From NCBI GenBank assembly GCA_963738405.1, contig CAVTWJ010000023.1, positions 160,001-224,000 of the forward strand: a DNA stretch of 64,000 nucleotides, in the 5' to 3' direction. Shown in pieces: positions 37,917 to 47,040 of the stretch (positions within the stretch are counted from its first letter, which is position 1; each line of letters begins with the position of its first letter). The DNA comes from a candidate division FCPU426 bacterium. Its GTDB lineage: Bacteria > Oederibacteriota > Muellerivitia > Muellerivitales > Muellerivitaceae. The translations under genes and the position numbers were made by a program. The notes under the pieces were generated by a model, which saw only the letters and a program-made list of their open reading frames with translations, was not told where the DNA came from and ran no database searches.

Positions 37917-38606
37917 TTATTTGCGAATCCCCAAAACGCTTACGGCGATACCCATAGTCTTAACCTCGGCGGAAACGTCTTTAAACCCATTTTTTTCCAT
38001 CAGCGCCCTGAATTCGTCCAAAGAGACGAAATTCTTGGCTGATTGCTGAAGGTATTCATAGGCATCCTTGTTTTTGGAAACCGCCCCGCCGCACATGGGA
38101 ACAATGGTGCTGACATAAAATGCGTAGGCCAGTTTCGCTAAAAACCCCGTCGGTTTGAAGAATTCAAGAATGACAGCCCGCCCGCCCGGTTTCAATACCC
38201 GGGCGATTTCCTTCAATCCCGCTTCCAGTGAATCCAAGTTCCTCACCCCAAACCCGCACACAATCGCGTCAAAGCTGTAGTCCTGGAAGGGGAGCTTCAG
38301 GGCGTCGGCCTGGAGGAGATTCACCCCCTCCTTCCCCTTCGCCTTGTCTTGGGCCAGTTTGAGCATAGGCTTGGCGAAATCAGCCATTAAAACATGGGCT
38401 CCGGGGGCCTGCACTTTCACTTCCAAAGCGAAATCTCCCGTGCCAGCGCAAAGGTCCAGCACCCTTGAGGGTTTGAAACCGTCTTTCAACAGCTGTTTCA
38501 CGGCATCCTTGCGCCATTGAATGTCTTTATTAAATGACAAGGCATGGTTGGCCTGGTCATAGGTCGGCGCGATATTGGAAAACATGGTTTGGATCTTAAC
38601 GCTCAC
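37917..38606 (-). CDS. menG: Demethylmenaquinone methyltransferase UbiE/MenG
   Basis: MFSNIAPTYD, LDLCAGTGD, GFGVRN, RVLKPGG, YEYLQQS; start estimated at GTG 38606. Confidence 0.92.
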   Translation of the reverse strand: MSVKIQTMFSNIAPTYDQANHALSFNKDIQWRKDAVKQLLKDGFKPSRVLDLCAGTGDFALEVKVQAPGAHVLMADFAKPMLKLAQDKAKGKEGVNLLQADALKLPFQDYSFDAIVCGFGVRNLDSLEAGLKEIARVLKPGGRAVILEFFKPTGFLAKLAYAFYVSTIVPMCGGAVSKNKDAYEYLQQSAKNFVSLDEFRALMEKNGFKDVSAEVKTMGIAVSVLGIRK

Positions 38607-38655
38607 TTGGAACCCCGATTCATTATTTAAGATTAAGGCGTAAAACGAGACCCGT

Positions 38656-38751
38656 TTTACCACCAAGACACCAAGACACCAAGACCGCAAGATAGAAAAC
38701 CAAAACTAAACCAAAGGTTTACTTGGTGTCTTTGTGCCTTGGTGGTGAAAA
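38656..38751. repeat. Octamer (CACCAAGA)x3 tandem/inverted repeat element
   Basis: ttttac-caccaaga-caccaaga-caccaaga ... cttggtgt-ctttgtgc-cttggtggtgaaaa between ubiD and menG. Confidence 0.8.
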
Positions 38752-38756
38752 TCTTT

Positions 38757-40211
38757 TTACTCTTTAATCAACCCGTACTTTTTCAACAAGGGCAAGACTT
38801 TCTTTTCAACTTCCGGGTCCATCCATAACTCATCGGGCCATTCCCGATTGAACCCTTCCTCTTTCCATTTTCTCGTGGCATCGATTCCCATCTTGCCGCC
38901 CCAGCCCCACTGGGGCGAGTTATGGTCCAGAACATCCAAAGGCCCTTCCCCAATCACCACGTCTCTTTTGGGATCAAAGCAATTCCCTACCCGCCACAAG
39001 ACCTGGCTGTAATCATGCACATTGGTGTCATCATCCACGATCACCAAAATCTTCGTCAGCATCATTTGGCCCAGCCCCCAAAGGGCGTTCATCACCTTTC
39101 GGGCGTGCATGGGATACTGTTTTTTGATGGAGACAATGGCCAGGTTGTGAAAGATGCCCTCGAAAGGCAGGTCCATATCCACCACCTCAGAAACGATTTT
39201 CTGGAGGATGGGAAGAAAAAGTCTTTCCGTGGCCTTGCCCAAATAGTCATCTTCCATCGGAGGCTTTCCCACGATCGTGGCGGGATAGACGGGGTTCTTG
39301 CGGTGTGTGATAGCGGTGACATGGAATACCGGATAGGGTTCGGCCAAGCTGTAATAACCCGTGTGGTCGCCGAAGGGTCCCTCGATCCTTCTTTCGCCCG
39401 GCTCCACATAACCCTCCAGCACAAAATCAGCGTCGGCATTCACCCAAAGGTCCACCGTCTTGCATTTCACCAGCTCCACCGGTTTGCCCCTTAGGAATCC
39501 CGCGAACAAAAGCTCATCCACGCCGTCGGGTAATGGCGCCGTGGCCGAATAGGTCAGGGCCGGGTCTCCCCCCAGGGCTACCGCTACTTCCAGCCGTTTT
39601 CCCAATTTCTCGGCCGTTCGGTGGTGGGCCGCCCCATGGTGGTGCACCTGCCAATGCATTCCGGTGGTTTTGGAACCGTAAATTTGGATGCGGTACATGC
39701 CGATGTTTCGCGAGCCCGTTTCCGGGTCTTGTGTATAGACCAAGGGCAGAGTAATAAACCGCCCGCCATCCTGTGGCCAGCATTTAAGAACCGGGAGCGT
39801 GTTTAAATCCGGTTCCTTTTCAACCACTTCCTGGCAGGCGCCCTTGGAAACCTCCACCGGGGGAAACTTGGCGAGATCCGCCAGTTTGGGAAGCAGTTTC
39901 ATTTTCTCGACAAAGCCCTTGGGGGGCTTCAAGTCCATCAGTTCCCGGATAGCCTGGGCCTTTTCTTCCAAATCTTCGACCCCCAAAGCCAGACTCATGC
40001 GCTTATAGGATCCGAAAGCGTTGATGAGAAGGGGATAGGGACTACCCTTGGGTTTTTCAAAAAGCAGGGCCTTCCCCCCGCCGGGGGATTTGGAAACCTT
40101 GTCGGTCAAGGCGGTGATTTCCAAGACCGGGTCCACTTCCTCTTGTATGCGGACCAGTTCCCCGCGCTTTTCGAGGAACTCGATGAATTCAGTTAAGGAA
40201 GAATAGGCCAT
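38757..40211 (-). CDS. ubiD: Menaquinone biosynthesis UbiD-family decarboxylase (MqnL-type)
   Basis: DGGRFITL, NIGMYR, GMHWQVH, EGPFGDHTGYY, GKPPMED, KMGIDAT. Confidence 0.93.
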   Translation of the reverse strand: MAYSSLTEFIEFLEKRGELVRIQEEVDPVLEITALTDKVSKSPGGGKALLFEKPKGSPYPLLINAFGSYKRMSLALGVEDLEEKAQAIRELMDLKPPKGFVEKMKLLPKLADLAKFPPVEVSKGACQEVVEKEPDLNTLPVLKCWPQDGGRFITLPLVYTQDPETGSRNIGMYRIQIYGSKTTGMHWQVHHHGAAHHRTAEKLGKRLEVAVALGGDPALTYSATAPLPDGVDELLFAGFLRGKPVELVKCKTVDLWVNADADFVLEGYVEPGERRIEGPFGDHTGYYSLAEPYPVFHVTAITHRKNPVYPATIVGKPPMEDDYLGKATERLFLPILQKIVSEVVDMDLPFEGIFHNLAIVSIKKQYPMHARKVMNALWGLGQMMLTKILVIVDDDTNVHDYSQVLWRVGNCFDPKRDVVIGEGPLDVLDHNSPQWGWGGKMGIDATRKWKEEGFNREWPDELWMDPEVEKKVLPLLKKYGLIKE

Positions 40212-40256
40212 TAGTTTCCCCGGATGATTCGATTTGAACCGGCAAGACCCGACATT

Positions 40257-40853
40257 TTACGCTGTTGGAAGGGGTGGCTCAACCTTCGCTTTGAGTTGCC
40301 GGGAAATGAGATAAGCGCCTAAACAAAGTACGATTCCACCAACCGCCGGGGCCCAAAGCGCCTTCAAGGTCGGCTGTAAAAATAGGTTAAAAAGGGCGGT
40401 GTAGCTCGCCCCCCATCCGCAAGCCATCCAGAAACGGGCGGCCTTTTCACCGGCGCTGGCCGCCATGAACCCCGTGAAATAAGCCGCCATGGTGAACCCC
40501 ACCCCAAATAGGTGTAGATAGGCCATGTGTTTGATGAACATTTCGGCCTTGTCCCCCAAGTTCGAGACGATAGCCAGCCAAACGAAACACCAAAGCACCA
40601 GCCAAAAGACGGTCAAAAGGGCCGCCCCATGGGACACCATCCACAATCCCTGCCCCCCCTTATCCCAAGATCGAAAAGAAAGAAAAATCGCCGCCAATCC
40701 CAAAAGGACTGGAAACCCAAAAAGAATCGAGACGCTCATCCAGTTATCGGGATGCTGCTGAAGCGAGCTGGCCATGGGTTCTTCCCCAGCCGCCAAAAGG
40801 GTGAGGATCAACCCCGCCGCGCCAATTCGAAATAGCCATATAGGAAACTTCAT
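40257..40853 (-). CDS. Hypothetical integral membrane protein
   Basis: About 5-6 hydrophobic segments; ATGA-coupled to truA. Confidence 0.75.
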   Translation of the reverse strand: MKFPIWLFRIGAAGLILTLLAAGEEPMASSLQQHPDNWMSVSILFGFPVLLGLAAIFLSFRSWDKGGQGLWMVSHGAALLTVFWLVLWCFVWLAIVSNLGDKAEMFIKHMAYLHLFGVGFTMAAYFTGFMAASAGEKAARFWMACGWGASYTALFNLFLQPTLKALWAPAVGGIVLCLGAYLISRQLKAKVEPPLPTA

Positions 40854-41644
40854 TCCTCATCCTCCTGCTTAGGCTTCTTGAGCCGAACCGGTGGAAAGGT
40901 TTTGGGGTAATCCACCCTCATCAAAAAAAGACCGGTCGGGGGCAAGGTGGGCCCTGCCTTCTTGCGGTCTTTGGATTTTAAGATGGAGGGTATTTGTTCG
41001 GGCTTGAGTTTGCCCGTTCCCACGTTAACCAGGGTGCCGGTCAAGATGCGGATCATCTGGTGGAGGAAGGAAACCCCAAAATAGTCAAACTGAATGTCTT
41101 TTCCCTTTCGGGTAATGGCGATTTTATAAAGCGTCCTTTGCGGATTCGCCCATTTGCCCAGGGTTCCACGAAAAGCGGTAAAGTCGTGGGTTCCTTCCAA
41201 ATGTTTAGCCGCCCGTTTCATGGCCTTCAAATCCAAGGGCTTACGGAATAGCAGATAGGTGTTACGGTCAAAGACCGTGTAGTCCGGGCTATTGCGGATG
41301 ATGTACCGATAGAGCTTGGCCTTGGCGTGATAGGTGGCATGGAAGGCCGCCGGAACTTCTTTTATATCGGCGATGCGAATGTCATGGGAAAGAAGGTAGT
41401 TCACCACTTCTTTCAGGCGGGTAGCGGGCATGGGGGAGGTCGTGCGGAAATTAGCGGTTTGGCCCAGGGCGTGAACGCCCGAATCGGTGCGGCCCGCCAC
41501 CAGGAGTTCCACCTTATGGCCGCAGACAAAACCTATTTTTTCCTCAAGGGTTCCCTGGACCGTGGGAGAGGAGCGCTGTTTTTGCCATCCGGCGTAGGCG
41601 GTTCCGTCGTACTCCAACGTCAAACGCAGGTTGCGTTCTTTCAA
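40850..41644 (-). CDS. truA: tRNA pseudouridine(38-40) synthase
   Basis: EYDGTAYAGWQ, AGRTDSGVHA, GTHDFTAF, FLHQMIR; TTG start overlapping the upstream stop. Confidence 0.95.
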   Translation of the reverse strand: MKERNLRLTLEYDGTAYAGWQKQRSSPTVQGTLEEKIGFVCGHKVELLVAGRTDSGVHALGQTANFRTTSPMPATRLKEVVNYLLSHDIRIADIKEVPAAFHATYHAKAKLYRYIIRNSPDYTVFDRNTYLLFRKPLDLKAMKRAAKHLEGTHDFTAFRGTLGKWANPQRTLYKIAITRKGKDIQFDYFGVSFLHQMIRILTGTLVNVGTGKLKPEQIPSILKSKDRKKAGPTLPPTGLFLMRVDYPKTFPPVRLKKPKQEDEE

Positions 41645-43830
41645 CGGGAAGCGCCGGGCCCGACCAGAGGGGCGTGGGCCAATAATTGGAGCCCGTCCAG
41701 CGCCTCTTTTTGCTGGGGATTGATTGACTGAGATGCTCGGTAGGCCTGTTCGGCGTCGCTCAGATCGTTCATCATCCTGAAAGCATCCCCAATCTTGGCG
41801 AAGGCATAGGGGTTCCGGGGCTCGCGCTTGATGCATTCCTGGTAGGAATTAACCGCGTTCGCGTAATCCCCCAAGGCCAGCCGGGTTTCCCCCTGCATCA
41901 GATAAATTCGCGACAGGGTCTGGGGCTGGCGGTATTTCAGGGCGTTGTCAAAACTCCATTCGGCCAGGTCGTACATCTTGTTCATATAGGCGAAATAACC
42001 AGTAAAATCGTGGCCGATTCCGTAAGAATCCTTCATGACGTCGGTGTATTCGTCCCAATAGCCCCGATCCTCCGGGTTAATATTCCTCAAACGGTAGGTG
42101 CCCCACAGCTCGTTCAATCGGGCGGAGGTGAAGGGGTAGTTTAAGTCCTTAGTGTTGGCGATTCTCCAAAGGAAACCGTCGGGCATGGAAGATGGGTTTT
42201 TCTCGCGCATCCACTGGGCCGTAAAGATATTGGTGTAGTAGAAAGACCGGTCCTTGGCGTGTTGATCAATCATGTCCTGAACCACCGTCTCGGGGCGGAT
42301 ATCGACCCGTCCATAGGGGTCGGTCTTCATGGGAACCGCCAAAAAGGGCCAGCGGGTCATCAAGGGGTCCCTGTACCAGTCGTAGGGGATCAACTGCATG
42401 GTGAAACTCACAACTTCCGGCCTCTTTCCTTCCACGAATTGCAGATACCAAAGGGGAAGGATGTCGATATCGCCGTTGCAGAGGATGACCCCATCGCGGT
42501 TGACCGTCTTGAGCATGTTCATGCCCTCGTCGTAGGAACTGACGTACCGGCTCTGATCGTTGAGGGGGTAGTTGATCTGCAGGGGAATCAGGGACAACCC
42601 CAAACATAAGGCGCCGGTATAGAGGGGCGCACCGTTGACCTTCCAGTTTTTAGCGGCCCAAAAGCAAAAGGAAGCGGCCGTTGCCGCCGCGAAAATGGAA
42701 AACATCATGAAGACCGGGGTGAAAAAGTTGTCCAGCGTCCATTGGTATCCTTCCAGGGGATTGTTAAAGACTATGACCCCAAAAAAGACCCCTGAACCGA
42801 ATAAAAGAACGCCGATGGCCGAAGCCTTGTTGCGCCGATAGAGCCAGATCATGCCCCATAAGGCCATCAAAAAGACCAAAACGGAAAACCAGGAGCCAAA
42901 CTGGTCATTAGCGTGGAACCAGAACCGTTTGAGATTTCGCATCACGGTCGTCCAAGAACGGGTGTCGCCGATGCCTTGGTAACCCTTTCGAACCACCGTG
43001 CCCCAAAGCCGGTCAAGATTATTGGGGTTCCACCAATTGACTAGGGGGTTCTCCATAGAGCGGATGGGAAGGTACAGATAAACCGATAGCGAAAGAACCA
43101 ACATGGTGAGGCCCCGCACAATATTGAGAGCCCCAATGGCGGAAAGGACATTGGTTAGCTTTTCCATCAAATCAAAGGGCCTCAAGAGGCTCTTAAAGAT
43201 TCCCCAGAAAGGCTCTCTCTTTTGGCTTGCAAGGAAAAACCAGAGGTATGCGGGAGCCATCACCATTTGGTTGGGCCAATGGTGGGCAAGACTTAATCCG
43301 TAAAGGAAACCCATTAAAAGGATCGATTTGATGAACCAACTCTTTTCCCGCATTTTGAAGAAAAGATAAAGCATGAAGACCGAAAGAAAGGTGTTCAGGG
43401 TGTAGATGCCGCCTTTGGCCCCGCAGGCCTGAAACCACTGCTGATAGGAAAAGGCAAAAATCAGCGCCCCAAAAAGGGCCGGAATCTCGAGCGTCCACGG
43501 GGCCAGCGGGGTTTGCCCCCCGGTTTTTTCATCCGTGGTGAAGGGTAGTATTTCTTTGAACATCATCTTGAGGACCCAATAGAGCATCACCACCGAGATA
43601 CTGCCTGTCAGAAGGGAGCAAAAGGTGACGCGGAACATGGGTTTACCCAGGGGAAGAAGACAGTTCAACCGCCCCCAAAGCGTGTGCAGGGGATAGCCGG
43701 GGGAATGGCTGATGGTTAAAAGGTCGCAGACCATGATGGTCTCGCCCGAATCGTTGATGTTGAAGGTGGCGCAGACCGTGCGCAGGTATATATAGAAAGC
43801 AAAGAGAAAAAGACCCACAGGGATGAACAT
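41641..43830 (-). CDS. DUF2723/TMEM260-like membrane glycosyltransferase with C-terminal TPR
   Basis: DSGET, SHSPGYPL, GLSLAHH, YLYLPIRS, GDIDILPLWYLQFVEGKRP; many TMs; TPRs at the C-terminus. Confidence 0.85.
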   Translation of the reverse strand: MFIPVGLFLFAFYIYLRTVCATFNINDSGETIMVCDLLTISHSPGYPLHTLWGRLNCLLPLGKPMFRVTFCSLLTGSISVVMLYWVLKMMFKEILPFTTDEKTGGQTPLAPWTLEIPALFGALIFAFSYQQWFQACGAKGGIYTLNTFLSVFMLYLFFKMREKSWFIKSILLMGFLYGLSLAHHWPNQMVMAPAYLWFFLASQKREPFWGIFKSLLRPFDLMEKLTNVLSAIGALNIVRGLTMLVLSLSVYLYLPIRSMENPLVNWWNPNNLDRLWGTVVRKGYQGIGDTRSWTTVMRNLKRFWFHANDQFGSWFSVLVFLMALWGMIWLYRRNKASAIGVLLFGSGVFFGVIVFNNPLEGYQWTLDNFFTPVFMMFSIFAAATAASFCFWAAKNWKVNGAPLYTGALCLGLSLIPLQINYPLNDQSRYVSSYDEGMNMLKTVNRDGVILCNGDIDILPLWYLQFVEGKRPEVVSFTMQLIPYDWYRDPLMTRWPFLAVPMKTDPYGRVDIRPETVVQDMIDQHAKDRSFYYTNIFTAQWMREKNPSSMPDGFLWRIANTKDLNYPFTSARLNELWGTYRLRNINPEDRGYWDEYTDVMKDSYGIGHDFTGYFAYMNKMYDLAEWSFDNALKYRQPQTLSRIYLMQGETRLALGDYANAVNSYQECIKREPRNPYAFAKIGDAFRMMNDLSDAEQAYRASQSINPQQKEALDGLQLLAHAPLVGPGASR

Positions 43831-44041
43831 TCTGGGTTATTCCTAGTAAAGAGGTTAGAACTGGAAGTGGATTATAGCCAAGGCCGCCCCCGGCCCAAAG
43901 GGCTTTTTGCCTCTCATAGGGACGTGTTTGCCCCGAAAATCGGACCCATCCTTTGTGGATTTTATCCTCGGGAATGGACGAGAATGGCCCGCCCTATCCG
44001 GCTTTTCCTGGCCGGATAGGTATATCCCAAGGTTTTTATCA

Positions 44042-44512
44042 ATGGAGCCACGCTTGAAAATAAAAAACTTTAAATTCAGAACGGCCCTGACGCTCATCAT
44101 CGCGATAGGGGTTTTCACCGTCTTCGGGGCCCAAGGGTCTAATATGCCCGCGCCCCAGCCGAAGATTGATTTTGATAAATCCGTTTTGCCCATCTTTCAA
44201 AGAAGCTGTTTCCCCTGCCACGCCACTTCCCTGACCAATGTCCAATCGGTTCTGCCCAACCCCGATTTCGTCAAAAGGCAAGAGGTTGAGGCTCAGCACG
44301 GGCAGGATGATTTCACCATGGGGCCCCAGTTTCCCTTTCCCGATGACGACCGCCCCAAAAAACAGCTGGATAAAATGGAAAAAAAGCTGCGCGGCAGGCG
44401 GATGCCCCCCAAAGCTCAGCAAAAGCTGAAGCTGGGCATGGCCCTTTCGGATTCGGACCGCCAGTTATTGCTGGATTGGATCGGCCAGATGCGGGCAGAC
44501 TACCCAAATTAA
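44042..44512 (+). CDS. Exported monoheme c-type cytochrome-like protein
   Basis: N-terminal hydrophobic segment; VLPIFQRSCFPCH (CxxCH), distal RMPP, LLLDWI. Confidence 0.8.
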   Translation: MEPRLKIKNFKFRTALTLIIAIGVFTVFGAQGSNMPAPQPKIDFDKSVLPIFQRSCFPCHATSLTNVQSVLPNPDFVKRQEVEAQHGQDDFTMGPQFPFPDDDRPKKQLDKMEKKLRGRRMPPKAQQKLKLGMALSDSDRQLLLDWIGQMRADYPN

Positions 44513-44530
44513 AACAAACACTTGTTCTTC

Positions 44531-44570
44531 AAAAAAAAGCCACTCCTTAAAAAAGGAGCGGCTTTGAAAA
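44531..44570. terminator. Bidirectional terminator between convergent cytochrome gene and tpx
   Basis: aaaaaaaagccactcctt-aaaa-aaggagcggcttt. Confidence 0.8.
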
Positions 44571-44594
44571 AATTAATTTCTTAACTGGTTATTA

Positions 44595-45107
44595 TTAAGC
44601 GTTGGCCTTCGCCACGGCCAAGGCGGCGTCATAGTTCGGCTCGGTGGTAACTTCCTTCACAATTTCCACATGCTTCACCTTGCCGTCCTTGCCGATGACA
44701 AAAAGAGACCGGGCTTCCAACCGCAGTTCCTTGATATGGGTTCCGTAAGCGTCCCCAAAGGCCAAATCCCGATGGTCCGACAGGGTCTTAATGGTGATGT
44801 TTTCCGCCCCGCAGAAACGGGCCTGGGCAAAAGGCAGGTCGGCCGTAATGGTCAAAACCTCAACCGTCGGGGGCAAATTCCCGATCTCTTTGTTGAACCG
44901 ATGGGTCTGCATCGAACAAACCGGCGTATCCAAAGAAGGAGCCACGGACAAGATCAGCGTCTTCCCCTTGAACTGGTCCAACGTTACTTCCTGAAGGCTG
45001 TTGTTTAAAAGTTTAAAAGCGGGAGCCGTATCGCCCACCTTGATCTCAGGGCCGATCAGGGTCAAGGGTCCGCCCTTGAAGGTAATCACTCCGTTACGTT
45101 CTTGCAT
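44595..45107 (-). CDS. tpx: Thiol peroxidase (atypical 2-Cys peroxiredoxin)
   Basis: PSLDTPVC, DLPFAQARFC, EPNYDAAL; ATG at 45107 with AGGAG RBS. Confidence 0.95.
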   Translation of the reverse strand: MQERNGVITFKGGPLTLIGPEIKVGDTAPAFKLLNNSLQEVTLDQFKGKTLILSVAPSLDTPVCSMQTHRFNKEIGNLPPTVEVLTITADLPFAQARFCGAENITIKTLSDHRDLAFGDAYGTHIKELRLEARSLFVIGKDGKVKHVEIVKEVTTEPNYDAALAVAKANA

Positions 45108-45221
45108 GCTTCTCTCCTTTAGTTTCTTTAAGCGGATAGGTTGTAACAAACCTAGAGAAATAAAAGCAACCGTCAGAAGAGATTATCCGGCAGGGGGGGA
45201 CTGTGCCCGACCCCCACTCGG

Positions 45222-46301
45222 TTAGATATGGCCCTTATGGATCAGGTATTCGGCCACCAGCATGCCGCCCTTGGCGGCGCCCATCTTGGTGTTATGGGAA
45301 ACCAGCACAAACTTGACGCCGTTCGATAGGGCGTGGTCCGCGCGCACCCGGCCCACACTGGTCACCATACCGCCCTGCCGGTCCCGGTCCAAACGAGGCT
45401 GGGGACGGAAAGGGTCCTCACTGACTTCCATCAGGTGAGGGGGGCAGGAAGGCAGTTTCAAGTCGATGAATTTTTGCCCCCATTCCCGCATGGCCTTTTT
45501 GACCTCTTCGACCGTGGCGGGTTTCTTGAGCGACACGTAAACGGCCTCGGTATGAGCCTCTAACACGGGAACCCTGGTGCAGGTGGCCGAAACCGGAAAG
45601 GGCGCGGGAACAATGTCTTCGCCTTTGAGTGTCCCCAATATTTTTTGGGTCTCTTTCTCGACCTTTTCTTCTTCTTTTGGGATGTAAGGAATCACGTTAT
45701 CCATGATGTCCAAGCCGATGACCCCGGGCGAACGGCCCGCGCCCGAGCAGGCCTGCATGGAAGTCATAATCACCTGCTGAATTCCAAAAATCTCATGGAG
45801 GGGCTTCAAGGCCATGGCGAGCCCTGTCGTGGTGCAGTTGGGCACGGGAGTGACGAAACCTTTCCAGCCCCGGTTCTTTTTTTGAACCGGAATCAGCGCG
45901 TCGTGGTTTTCATTGACCCCGGGGATAAAGATGGGCACATCTTTTTCATAGCGGAAAGCCGAGGCAGTGGAAACCACCGGGGTGGTTTTGGCGTAGCGGG
46001 GTTCCAGGTCCTTGGCTGCGTCGGATTCGACGGCCGTAAAGATTAAATCGACCTTGGTGGCGTCCAGTTTGGAAGCGTCTTGGACGGTGATCTGGGCGAA
46101 GGCCGGGTCCAGGGGTTCCTGGCAATACCAGCGGAAGGCCCCGGAAGCGTCGGTGATGGCGTCTTTAAAAAGCTTACCCGCCGAGCGTTCGCTCGCGGCT
46201 AAGGCTACAACCTCAAACCAGGGATGGCCCGAGAGGGAGGCCAAAAACTGCTGACCCGCCACGCCCGTGGCGCCGATGACGGCTACGGTTTTCTTTTTCA
46301 T
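45222..46301 (-). CDS. asd: Aspartate-semialdehyde dehydrogenase (archaeal/eukaryotic type)
   Basis: GATGVAGQQF...HPWFE...ASERSAGK, PNCTT, MQACSGAG, CTRVPV, RPQPRLDRD. Confidence 0.93.
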   Translation of the reverse strand: MKKKTVAVIGATGVAGQQFLASLSGHPWFEVVALAASERSAGKLFKDAITDASGAFRWYCQEPLDPAFAQITVQDASKLDATKVDLIFTAVESDAAKDLEPRYAKTTPVVSTASAFRYEKDVPIFIPGVNENHDALIPVQKKNRGWKGFVTPVPNCTTTGLAMALKPLHEIFGIQQVIMTSMQACSGAGRSPGVIGLDIMDNVIPYIPKEEEKVEKETQKILGTLKGEDIVPAPFPVSATCTRVPVLEAHTEAVYVSLKKPATVEEVKKAMREWGQKFIDLKLPSCPPHLMEVSEDPFRPQPRLDRDRQGGMVTSVGRVRADHALSNGVKFVLVSHNTKMGAAKGGMLVAEYLIHKGHI

Positions 46302-46389
46302 TCCATTTCCTCTATGTCAATGTCACCGGCTGGGCCGGGAATGGCAAAGGATAACATATTTGCCGGGGGTTTCAATAAAGGTGTGGAGA

Positions 46390-47022
46390 TCAGGGAATCT
46401 CGGTTTTGGAACTGGCCTGGTAGGTTTTCTTTTTCACGTTGATGTCGATGAAGCAAAGATAAATGCCGGGCGGCATGGGCCGGTTTTCCTCATCCTTCGC
46501 GTCCCAGCGAAAGGTGTGGGAACCCTGGGTCAGGTAGTCGGGGCTGTCGGTTTTATTAAACTCAAAATCCCTCGCAAGCCTGAAACCCGATGTGTAAATC
46601 TTGAGGAACACGCTTTCGGCGGGGATATTCACGCCCCAATCGAAGCTGATTTTTCCCTCGGCATCAGGCTTGGGGGAAACCTTAAACTCGAATACCCCCG
46701 GTGTAGGTGTGTAGGTAGGAGTTAGGGTAGAAGTTCGAGTAGAGGTTTGGGTGGGGGAGGAAGTGACCGTTGGGCTCAGGGTGACGGTTTTCGTGAAAGT
46801 GGGAGTAGCGGATGGCGATTGAGTGCCGGTGATGGTCGCCGTCGGGGTATTGGTTGGACTGGGGATGATGGTGGGGGTTAGGGTAGCCGTGGGGGTCACG
46901 GTGGGCGCCAGGGTGATAACAGGTTTTAAGACCAAGGGGGTGGGAGTCGGCTGATTTTGGGCGAAAACTAATTGGGCCGCAAAAAACAAAACGAATGAAC
47001 CTGTGATTCCAATGTATTTCAC
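46390..47022 (-). CDS. Secreted protein: Thr/Pro-rich linker plus FlgD-Ig/CTD-like domain
   Basis: Signal peptide, about 80 aa of (T/S)PT repeats, then LKIYTSGFRL...FRWDAKDEENRPMPPGIY. Confidence 0.78.
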   Translation of the reverse strand: MKYIGITGSFVLFFAAQLVFAQNQPTPTPLVLKPVITLAPTVTPTATLTPTIIPSPTNTPTATITGTQSPSATPTFTKTVTLSPTVTSSPTQTSTRTSTLTPTYTPTPGVFEFKVSPKPDAEGKISFDWGVNIPAESVFLKIYTSGFRLARDFEFNKTDSPDYLTQGSHTFRWDAKDEENRPMPPGIYLCFIDINVKKKTYQASSKTEIP

Positions 47023-47040
47023 ATTAGCCCTTCGCGTTTA

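Noticed and set aside
38656..38751. Possible CRISPR array
   Set aside because: Units are 8 bp, adjacent without spacers and inverted; no cas genes.
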